A stretch of 64,000 bases of DNA from Balanoglossus misakiensis (Eukaryota; Animalia; Hemichordata), in NCBI GenBank assembly GCA_040954595.2, contig CM082595.2, positions 4,428,137-4,492,136 of the forward strand, read 5' to 3'. Below are positions 1 to 11,600 of the stretch, in pieces. Below the pieces are notes generated by a model. That model was not told the origin of the DNA and made no database searches. It saw only the letters and a program-made list of their open reading frames with translations. The position numbers and the translations under genes are program-made. How positions within the stretch are numbered: the first letter of the stretch is position 1; each line of letters starts with the position of its first letter.

Positions 1-259
1 TTAACATCCGTAGTGATGTTGTGCAAATCTCCCTGATCGCGATGTGATATTTTTTTTTCGTGATGTGTGAATCGCACTGATTTGCGTGGGTTACAGTGTT
101 TGTACGAATTACGGGACAACGCCAAATCATTGCTCGCTCCGCCAAACAACAATACATATGTATTGAAGGAGAGGAATACGGCGGGACGATTTCATCACAT
201 ATCAAATGTTGACAATCGCGAGTGGGACTAGACTGGCAACTGGGAGGAAGGACCCTAGC

Positions 260-612
260 AATAACTTCCGAGTGTAAGTAGCCATCTTTTCGCGTAAGTT
301 TAGAAACAAACACCCTGACTAGACAGCATAAACATTATCCTGACTTCCGTGGATAGTCGATCCACTTAAGGGGGAGGAAAACCGGTAAAACCCAATGTTT
401 CCGCGAAATATTAAAGGTACGGCGTACTCACTCACCTGAGACTCGGCCATCTTGGACTCAAAAGTCACGTGATAAGTCATGTGTACATACAAGCGCCACC
501 ATTATCACGAGTTTTGTGTTAAAAATTCTTTTGTTTACTTTTATGTGGTAGGTCACGTGATGTGGCGTGACCTTTAACCCAGCATTAAGCCTCTTGCAAA
601 GATGGCGGTCGA
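260..612. promoter_or_regulatory. Housekeeping-type promoter cluster
   Basis: GTCACGTGA at 464-472 and 552-560; AAGATGGC(G/C) motifs near 281 (-), 444-454 (-) and 599-608 (+); ETS ACTTCCG at 264 and 343. Confidence 0.55.
436..450 (-). CDS. Probable first coding exon (MAESQ) of an unidentified gene extending beyond the left edge
   Basis: caagATGGCCGAGTCTCAG|GTGAGT: strong Kozak context overlapping a YY1-type motif, consensus donor, within a CpG-rich motif cluster. Confidence 0.5.
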
Positions 613-934
613 GAAAACATACATAAATTCACTTTTTGGGTACTTTTCTCAACATTTGGACCGTGTGACATCATGTATTTCTGTGCTGAGTAGGACTGAA
701 CCATAGTAAACTATTATTTATTTACTCAACTTATTTGATCAACAATAAATTTGCTATTTTGGATCATATCAAAGGAACTGTATTCTTCTGTGTTCACTGG
801 CTCAAGTTTACCCAAACATCAGCCTGAGAATCCCATACACCCTTTGTAGGCAAACTGGAGCGCCCACATACCACCGACTCTTTCAGTGTACCCTTACACA
901 TGCATACATGAGTGAGGAAACGACCCAATATGTC

Positions 935-3900
935 AACTTTGAAGAAATACACTTTATTTGACCTTTACTTGACAACATACCACAAAATTGAGCCAATCAG
1001 GCCCCATAGAGCAAGAGGTCAACACTAGTTACCATAAAGGACTGGTAAATCACGTTTTTCAATTCACTTTTTTTAATTCATTAATTAGCATAACACATGC
1101 CAGTCATGCAATATATAAGCATCTGCAAAAGTGATGTATTACTTGATTTATTCAATAACTAGAGGTTTAAAAACAGGCATTTTAGCCAATCACAATCTTG
1201 TACAATCAGCTAATTAGCATATCATGTGATAGTCACATGACTGCTCAGCAGCATACTTCTGGATAAATGTAATATTTGAGGCTTTTTTTAATTTCATATA
1301 CTGACATTATGCAAACTTAAAAATCTCATGGGAGGGTTGTCACTACAAAAAATGCAATCACAGATTTTCAAAATAAACTGTCATCTTCTTTAAAAGCTTG
1401 AAGGTTCCACACAACATCAAAAGCTGTAACAATTCCAAATTCACACAATTTGATGTTGCCTTGATGTACTGAACAGATCTTCATCAGCTAAAAGAACAGC
1501 CAGAACTTCAGTATGTTTTCTCCATTTTTTTTTCAATTTGACAACATACAAGCCAAGTGTTATTGCACTTAGCAGGAACTTTTGGACAGATGGCTATTGC
1601 CATCTCAAATGACACAAATTTTACGAGTTTTCAAACTTCAGTAAAGAGACAATTGTCCTGTAATCTGTGATACATCTTCAATATATACAGTGACCAACTG
1701 ACAACTCTTTTGAATTGTCAAGTTGGTCAATATGCAGTGTTACCAGGGAAATTAAAAAAATTACAAGCTCAAAGTGCTAGCAAAAGAAAAGCAAAATCTA
1801 AAAGCTGAACAACGAAAAAATGAGTTAAAATATCTTCTTTCCATTTTTATAAAAACCCGTGTGAAACACTTCAGTAGAGTACAGTGTACTTGCTTTCTAT
1901 TGGCTACCTACTATGAATATATGAATAATAATGAAGTCATGTGACCCCTTACAACAAATAGAGAAAGCCAGCTGCTAATGCAATGGAAGTTGATTTACAT
2001 AAAATTCCATTCCTTCTCACAAAAGCAAATAGAGTAAAGGTTTTTACAATGGCTGTATGAGTATGGTATGTGATTCCAAGTACTGGCTAAATGTTCAATG
2101 TAAAGTGTTCATCTTCTGAAACTATATTCTGTTAAGTTCAATAAAATGTCATAAAAATCTGAGCATGAATACTGAAATATTCTTTGTAAGAAGCTAAATA
2201 CACGATAAAGTATATTTGAAAAGTGTCACTGATTTATGTATTGTTGTGTTCCTGAGAAATTTTGCTCCAGAATGAAAGATTCCGGAGAGTCGTATGTACT
2301 GTTGTGTACTTAGTTCAAATGAAATGTCAATCTGTAAAAGTGGTGGTTTGTATTGTCGTCCTTTGATGCTAAAAATATAAATTCCCTGTCTTTGAAATGC
2401 TTCTACCAGCAGGTACCAAGATGGCCGCCTTGGGGTTGTTGGTTTCACATTTCACAACTCCACTCTGCCATTGTTGGTTTGTAATTTCACAACTCAACTG
2501 TGGCCTAATGTGCCGCACTGAAATACATATAGTGACGCAGCAACTACTGGCCAGAGAAGCAGGTTATCAGACACACATTTCCACAAGCACACACCCACAT
2601 ATACATACATACACCCAGATTGGGAGTAACCCCACATGCAGTTAACCATATACATGTATATATATATTATTTTTGAAATTATTAGCTAAAAGTCTTTGGC
2701 AAGGATGTAAAATTTGAGACCTACAAGAGATGTCAATTCAACTACTGTGACTACCATGTGATTGGTGACTTGGTTCTTCCATGTTGGGATGTCAATTTTT
2801 ATACATGATTCTGGCATCAGCACGTTTAAAACTGAAATTGTCTGTGTGTGTATGATTTCAATTTCTTGGACATGAAGGAAAACTTTGAGTGATTCTGCAA
2901 CGTCTGGTAAGATTCAGTCTTAAAAATCTCCACTGAGCCATATGGAAACCCACGAAAAATACATTCACTGTATCGACAGCACAAATAATGAAAATCCTGA
3001 GCTAAAAGCGTTCATGTTATTCGGAACAGTGTACAATTTCATTATTTTGGGAGAGGTTTTATTTTAACAATGACATCTCACTCTTGGGCACTGCAACACT
3101 TTTTAGTGAGTAGAACAACAATATGCAGACGATTTACAGAAAAAGAAGTGGGGAAAAACAGCCAAAAATGCATGGGCTCCGAACCAAATCATAGCACGAA
3201 AGCTGTAACCTTGCAATTTCCGCCAATCCACACATCGTCAAGGGACAAATTTTGAAAACTACATCCTTGGACAATTGGACAAAACTTTTGGGATGACTTG
3301 GCTTTTACACATCAAGGAAACTGTACAATTAAAGTACTATCTATTCGAGATATTTAAAATAAAAAAAGTTTCAGCTGCATTGACGACAAATGCTACCACA
3401 AAGCAGAAATAAAATTTAAAATACACCCCAACGAGTCTGTTTGTTCGCTGAAAATTTAACCCTTTCACCACCAAACAACTCTAGTAAAACGAGTATCCAA
3501 AAAACAGCAAAAAAACAACAACACCATGATGGAGTCCAACATGTCATGAAATGAATCTCTCTGTGGCACTGAATTCAACCGCCACGGCCTCGAAAAATCG
3601 AACACTCGACTGCGAGTGGGGACGAGGAAGTCATCAAACCATTCGACCTTGATGCTTTTTTTTGTTATTTACGGGTTTTCTTTAAAAAAACGATAGAAGT
3701 TTTAGCCACATGTCACACAAGACATAAACAGCAGTATGCACAAGCCACCCATATTACAAGTTCATTATCATACACAAGCCACCCGTTACAAGTTTATCCT
3801 CAAGCAAATACCAAGTACCGGTATCACCTTTAGAAATGTAAACATCTTATGCAAATTTTTCAGTATAATCGACTGCGCTCACTGTACAATTTCTTTCTCT

Positions 3901-5149
3901 GAAACAACAACTGACAACGAACAGACAGACCCACATAAGCACGTCTTTAAATTATGCGCTTGTTAATTTGCGTAAATTTCTAAAAAATATCAATAATACT
4001 AATATTATTACTTATATTCTCTTTCGACATCCTCTGTCAAAACAGTGTTGGAGTTTTCCTGGTGGTAGCCATTACCATAGTAACCAATGACGGACATTTC
4101 AACAAGCAATGCTCTTCACATTTCTGATAATGCCACATTATTTTTTTTCCACTCAAGACGAATTATTTCATTGTGAAATGACAATACTTGTCATATTGCA
4201 ACACCCATATCTTTGAATGATACATGGACAACTTCTAGTTATACTTCCCGTACCGACGTTCAACAAACTACTGTTTTCATAATCACTGCATTAGAACAGA
4301 TGAAGTCCTTTGAGAAGAATTCAATATGGATGGCAATGTTCCCAAGGACCCACATTTCTTTGTTCTGTGCAACCTAGTAAAACAACAGAGGCCTGATGTC
4401 ATATTTTATAAAACGCCAATCACCAGCAAAGAATGGGAAAATGTGAAAACAAGTTACAAATTCATTTTTTTTGTAGTTTTTTTTTCAACTAAAGCATTTA
4501 CCCTGACTTGTCCTTATCAGAAAAAAGTTCCCAGAAAAAAAAAAAAGTTTTTGTCATAGGACATAGGTCACAGGGCACAGGAAGTGACTGAAGTTTTCAA
4601 ATACTGGGTTTTCCTTGCCAAAACCACACAGATATGGATATCTGAATAAACTACAGTTGCCTTGGCTACAACCAGGAAAAGTTACCACACACTGACCCCT
4701 ACCCCCCCCCCCCCCAATAACAACAAAGAAATTCACATCTCAATCATGTTCATCTGGTACAATTAAAAGCCCAGAGGGAAATAAAACCTAAGTTTCTACA
4801 TTTGAAACCGAATCTGAATCTGAACCTGCATTTACATGTTTACATAATAAGAATACAAGTTACTCAGTAATATAGTCAGCACCTTATGCAGAAGTCTGAT
4901 CTAAAATCTGACAGAAATGTGAAAAAAAAAATTGATAAAAAGTATACACTTGTACAATAGATGATGAGACATAAATATTTCTCGCTAAAATTTCCTAGTA
5001 TTTAATAGGACTAATATATAATATACTTAATATAGAAACTTTGTATAATTATATTTCTCCTTGACCGTATTAACATGGTTTAACTACAACCTAGACACAG
5101 AATCCCTGACTTTGCAATGCAGCATATAGTGGTTGAAGTCGTGCATGAT
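935..5149 (-). other. Probable long Ski 3'UTR with distal polyadenylation signal
   Basis: U-rich on the minus strand with no credible coding frame. AATAAA at 958-953 is followed by GT/T-rich sequence; further AATAAA at 1152-1147 and 3063-3058. Confidence 0.5.
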
Positions 5150-5608
5150 TTACTGTTCGTTACTTGCACTTTCCGCCGGTTCGTCGCCGTGGTTTTCATG
5201 CTGTTTGTCGTCGTCTGGGGACTCCTCGGCTTTGCTGTCGTCTCCTTCTTCCCTGAGTAAGTTGGCGTCGCTTAACTGCCGCTCGTAGTCGGCCCGTATC
5301 CTCTGCTCGTCTTTCAGCTCGCCCTGGAGCCGGTCGCGCTCCTCCTCCACCTCGCCCAGCTTCTCCCTCACCTGCTCCAGCTGCGCCTTCAGCTTGGCCT
5401 TGGACTTGGACATGTCGTTGAGCTTGTCGCAGCGCTTGCTGCGCGCCAGCTCCAGCTCCCGCTTCAGCCGCAGCCGCGACTCGTTCACCTCCTTCAGCTT
5501 GCGCTCGTGGTCGGCGCGCAGTCGCTCGATCTCCTTCCGCAGGCTCCGCTTGGCCTCGGTCGCCTCCCGCAGCTTCTCCTTCTTGGCGACCCTGAGGAAC
5601 TCCAACTC
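5150..5608 (-). CDS. SKI: Ski terminal coding exon 6 (coiled-coil dimerisation domain)
   Basis: Acceptor ccttttcag, [32 protein letters not shown] (near-identical to vertebrate SKI as recalled), TAA at 5150. Confidence 0.95.
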   Translation of the reverse strand, partial: ELEFLRVAKKEKLREATEAKRSLRKEIERLRADHERKLKEVNESRLRLKRELELARSKRCDKLNDMSKSKAKLKAQLEQVREKLGEVEEERDRLQGELKDEQRIRADYERQLSDANLLREEGDDSKAEESPDDDKQHENHGDEPAESASNEQ

Positions 5609-8600
5609 CTGAAAAGGACACAAGAAACAAAGTCTCAAACTCGGGGTCTTACCCAAAATAATATGTGATCTGTGACAGCAAGCATTGCTATAGTGCTATG
5701 GCTTTATTAAATGTCAGATAGGTTAATGTCAAGGGGTAGCTCTTCAAGAATCAAGGTAACAACATGACTTATCAGTTTATCACAACACATTTTAGAATTC
5801 TCACAATTTTAATAATACACATAAAAACGTCTTTAACTGCAATTTTGACCGATGACACATGATATAACATAGATGTGCTGTGAGTTCTTAAGGCATGACA
5901 AAAAAACCTCGAAAGTTGCCAAATCCAAAGAAAATACTTTCATGCAAAAACTCACAGGTTACTATTATACTAAGATACTATACTAAGGTAAAACAATGCC
6001 ACAAATTTTCACCTGTTGCAGATTTTTCTTGGCCAACAACGCAGCATTGAGTCTCTCTTCCTTCTTCACTCGCAACTTCGCCAGTTCATGCAGCAGTTTC
6101 TCCCTGGCATCTTTGTTCTCCAATGCATTATTCTCAAATGCATTTTTCACCAGATCTAATTCCTGTTCCAGAGTACTCTCCATCACCACCTCAGCCAGCG
6201 CCGTTTCGTCGGTCGGGTTTACTGACCCTGTATGAGCCAACGGACAGAAGACAAGTGTTCTTTAACATTTACATTGCATCCAGAAATGTTCTTTCATTTT
6301 CAGGTTTTATGTGTAATGTGTTTGTGTGATTGTGTCCTTTTAATTATTTTTACCAGCCTTGTATTTTTTAATCTACTCTTTTAGCTATGTACAATGCGCT
6401 GAGACATTTTAAACAATTCTTAATAATAATAATAATTCACAAAATCGGCCTTTACTGTAATTAACGGTGTCTGCTGTATGGATAGCCGAGGGTCATAGGT
6501 CATAGTTCATAGGTTACAGTTCACAACAATCTAACCCACCTGATTCTGGTGCGTCGCCATCATTATTATCCTCCATCTCATTTTCCTGATTTTCCTCGAT
6601 GGCCTTCGCGGATTTCTCCTTGCAAGGCTCCTCCTCCTCAACTTTGCAAATCTTCTCTCCGCCCAGCTGGGGCTGAGTCTTCTGCGAGGGCGGGGCGAGG
6701 GCCACGTTGGGTTGAAAGTGTTTATCAAACCTGTCAACACAAATAAACAACAGATGAAAAAAATGGATATGTCGCGAGTGACAATTAGAGCTATGTGAAT
6801 CAAGACTACTTAGGAATAAAACGTCACTGATTTAAGATGAACCACACATGTCATGCCTCATACGCACATGTGTGTGTATATCATAACCCTTTCACCACCA
6901 TGGTTCAGTCCAAACCTATTGTTTTCCATGGTAAGATTGGACCTGTAAAGAGGGACCTGGGGGTGAAAGGGTTAACATAACTGCACACTTCTGGTAATGT
7001 GGTTAGATTTACCCCTTTCCCCGTACTCCCCCAAACTTGAGACCATGATGCACTGAATTACCTGTTGTTTGAAGCCAAGGTATGAGGTATGACTCTGTCA
7101 GGATGAAGCAACACTGGAGGCCCAGTGCTGAGGTATGGAGGGGCAGCACAGTGACTAGAAGAAGAAAGAGAGAGGAGATACAGAAAGGATCAGACGACAT
7201 CCAGAAGCTTATGACGACAAAAAAATGAAACATTAACAGTGTTGTTATGTAGTGTGGGGTTAATAATCATGATTCTGATTTGTTTTGAACACACAGGATC
7301 AGTGTTTCATCAAGACAGGGGGCCCAGGGGAGATTCAAACCCTGTTGACATGTTGGCACCCCCTTGTGTTGATGTTAACAAGTTGGGGATACACGTATTA
7401 CATTCACCCCCCCCCCCCCCCCCCTTCAAAAATTCTGGTAAAAGGGGAAATATCCCTCATGTTGATGCCATACTGAATGGTACACTACAGGTTTACAGCG
7501 AAAGAATATTCAATGCTTGATAGCAAACCGCGCCCTGAACTGGGATAGTAAACAGCGCCATCATGTGGCACGTTCTGGCTGGCAGTAAACATCGCAGCAT
7601 GGCGCATACCTCACACTTTGTATGCGCATAGCAGCGCAAAGGGTCATTGAACTGGACTAGACTAGGGCAGAGCAACCCCGGCGTTTGTGGTGGACATTTT
7701 TGGCACAGCACGATAAAAGTTTTAGTACATACACTTGCCACGGACGTTTATGGACAGAGCTGACCTCAATGCCACCCAATCACTTTTCATATTGTGATTC
7801 CCTATGACTTTCTTTATAAAGGTTTATCTCATTGCATGACTTTTGCATTCATGAGTTTAGAAGGGCTTTAATTAAACCATTTCAGTGGTTTTTAACCCCC
7901 GCTTCCCTCTTTCAGAGGTCCAACTTTACCACAGAATATGATGGATTCGGGCCAAACCATGGTGGTGAAAGGGGTTAAATGGGAACTTACCCTTCTCTGA
8001 CCAACCCAGTTGGATCCAAGTAGGCTTCCTTCAGCTTGCCGTCTTTGCCAATCGCCGACGGCGACCACGGCCGGAACGCCGACAAGCGGTGAATGGGCGT
8101 GACGATCGAGTGCGGGTGACCCATCCATATTCCCCCGGAGGTGACGATGGCGTCGTGCCCGTACATCGGCGATTTAAGCGTCGACAAACAATCTTCCAGT
8201 TTTGCTTTCTTGCCCTGGATGTGAACATCCTCCAGAGGGGACTGTAACAAAAAAAAACACATACAAAGAGTAGATCAGAATTCGCACTACACATCTCTGA
8301 GGGTTATCTGAGTGGAAAATATAAACCAAGTCATGGATCACTTGAGACACGACAGCTTTTCTGCGAACTGAATTTTCACATGGCCTATATAAATTTCATA
8401 GCCCTGGCTTTCCATTGGATCTAAAGAATTCAATGCTAAACTCTTTCATCCCCAGTTCCCTCTTTAGAGGTCCAACCTTCCCACAGAAACAATGTGTTTG
8501 GACTGGACCATAGCGGTGAGAGGATTAAATTTACAAGACAACTTTACTGGTGTTGGACCTGAAAGGTCTCACAGTAACAAGGCCAATTCGCATACAGCTG

Positions 8601-11600
8601 CAATGCAAATTACTTGCATTTTTCGTCTAGTCTGTGTTCGTTACCAAGGAATGACCCAAGAATGGGTAACTAAGGCCTTGTCGGTGACATGCAGTCTCAC
8701 TCTGGCCCAATTCATGACCTTGAAACGCTGCCAAGGGTACATGCATGACCTTGAAAACACGCACACATACTACAGTCCAATACAAATTCAGTCACGAGCC
8801 AAGATATCCTCCAAAGAAGCAATCAGGCACTGGTCATTCAACTGAAACTTGCCTTTTGTCAATTCAGTGGAAGATATTTGTCACAGCAGTAGAAGTCAAA
8901 ACAAATAAATAAATAAAAACTCATTACAGCCTGATTACAGCTGGCATCAACCTCAGGAGGAATACATGTATTCCAATTCATTTGTCAATGATCTAATTTC
9001 CATTTCTCCCTTGAGAGGAGAGATATCCCACACCAGACAATGCATTTAATCTCGAGAATAAGATTATAATATGCCTCCGGGGGAAAAGTGGATCATCTAG
9101 GGTAGCTTGGAGTGATCAAACAGCTGTTTGTATGGACTATTTGGGTTTTGAGGACATAACTGTGACCTTATTTGGTTTATTTTTCGACAACTAGAAAAAT
9201 ATCACGCTGTTCTATTTGCAGAGAGCACCCAATTGTTGGTTTGCTTAAAGAGGCAAAGTCTCTCTCTCGCTGCTCTTTTTCCATCAATTATGTTTGATAC
9301 AAGACACCGTTTATGTTATTCTACATGTGGATATATAGTGAATCGACGTTCGACCACACTCAACTTCCATCCTGTTTGTAGGATATTAGAGTAAAAATCT
9401 CACCAAAATGAATAAACGGTAGAGACACAACACATCACAATTTTTTCTGGATCTAAATTTTTCAAGTATCAGCCCTCAAAATGCATTTCTGACTTTAGTG
9501 GCTACGATAAATTTAATGCACATCCAAGCCGTCTATTTTAAAAGGGGTCAGTAAGAGCATAAAATAGCAAAGAACGGTACAATTCATATGGTAATTTTTA
9601 TTAGCTCTGGAAAATTCACTCTCGGTACCATTTTGACCTAGATTTCAGTACATGTTTGGATACCAAACACTGAACAAACATACCATGCAATATGCCACAA
9701 TGGCGAACATGTCTGCCTCCGCAATTCAATTCATTTTTCATGAGTTCAAATATTTTATTCAAGTTGACTCACCCATTGACAATTCAATCTAGTCAAATAC
9801 ACAGAAATGGAAAAATTCATTCTGACATATTTCAAAACTATTGTTTTGTAACAAATGAAAACTGCCCACAGAAATATTTAACATTTTAAGGGCCATTGTT
9901 TCACATTAAAAATATTTCAATTTTTAAAAAAATTAATAATAATACAGACCTAACTACAACTGGCTTGTTTATCGGAAGATCAACGGCTAAAAGGCAGTCG
10001 GCCATTTAAATTTCATGTTTGTCATTGGCTACTAACCAATACCTCATAAATAACACGAAGTAGCAAATCAAAGTAGCCCCTTTGTAGGGCAGTGTACAAA
10101 AGTACAACTGACTTCTGACCCATCACCTGTTGCCGATTCGTAGTGTACACTCGTAAAGTCCGTTGCATAGAAGTACCAGCACGAAAGAACTAAAATAAAA
10201 ATAGTAGCAAGATTGTCTTTTGCTCAACATTTTTCAATCATGTCAACATTGTGCATATTCGTCAATGCGACTGAACTTTAGGGCAACATAACGTAACTGT
10301 CCTTTGAAGAATAGATTTGGGTCGCGTCCGCACTCAATTTGGGCAGACTCAGATTTTGTATCCAGTTACCCACGAACCACCATTTTACATGCCGTCTTAT
10401 CACATATGACCACATGAAGGCTCAACTAGGCCGACGTAATGCGTCCACACATGCAAATTTGTGTTGGCCAATTTTGAACAAATGTTTCAGATGATTTCTC
10501 TTTCACACGTTTGGAACAAAATTTATTAATTCTGGCCTAATTACCGATATTTTTTTTCCGTACAGCCAACATTCACATAATTAAATAATCACCAAGCCAT
10601 GCATTCACCTGAGGCCAAATGCAAAGTCGCTGGTACACAGACAGCTGTGGTACCTTGAAAAGCCCCGTCAGGCGTATCATTGAATACCCAAAACTGAGAC
10701 AGCCACATTTTGTCTGCCGACAGCTCTTCCAATCAATATCCTCACCCAAGCAAAGTATTGAACGAATCCCCTTTTCCGCGATATAATGGGCGCACCCACG
10801 GTTAAAACAACTTTTTCTTTCACTTAAAAACCTTGCCTCATTTTGTATTGTTTGTTGTTTCTATAGACATTCAAATCTATAATGCCCTTCACCATATGTG
10901 CATGTGTACAAGCTATTCAGAATTTCTTTCAAAATCCAGCTTTGTTTGTCTCAGGGGCGAAAAAACTTCCTGTCTATCATTTGGATATACTCCTGTTGTG
11001 AAATTCGAAATTCAATATTAATTTCTTACTTTTTAGTAAAAGATTATATTTTGATGCCTCAAATATTACCAAGCATCAGTCCCCCATCTCATTTAAGATT
11101 AATTTCCGTTATTTCATTTTCTATACACTAAATTTGATAAACCGACGACAGCACCCAGGTCGTGCAATCCACGTGTACACGTACATCTGACACATCAGGT
11201 TTTGTGTTTTGTGTGAAAGCTCTTGAACTAATTGGTTTCCACGCCAACAGCAAAAGCCTGGCCCGTCGCCGCCGTCCTAGCCCCGTCTCGTCAGCCGTCT
11301 ATAATGTCAAGGCCATCTCTAAGCAATGTCAAGCCTCGTATGATTGATGAAGTTCCCCGCTGTTGCCAATTGTGAAACGTCCGTCTGAGTTTGATTGGTG
11401 TGTGCGCTCCCCTCCACTGCCCAAGCCATACGTTAGACCACAGCTGGTGAAAGCACTTTCAAAAAATAATGAACTAGACAAAGACTTCAACGCTCATTTA
11501 AAAACGAATAACCAATTGATATATCCTCTATCCAACCATTTTGGTGTTATTGTCATGGTAACAAAAAATAATTGCTCTCAAACCAACTGCTATGTTCATG

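Noticed and set aside
5196-5630. Long overlapping and antisense ORFs over Ski exon 6 (likewise over exon 1 and the FNDC exons)
   Set aside because: By-products of GC-rich third codon positions in the real frame; no recognisable protein features.
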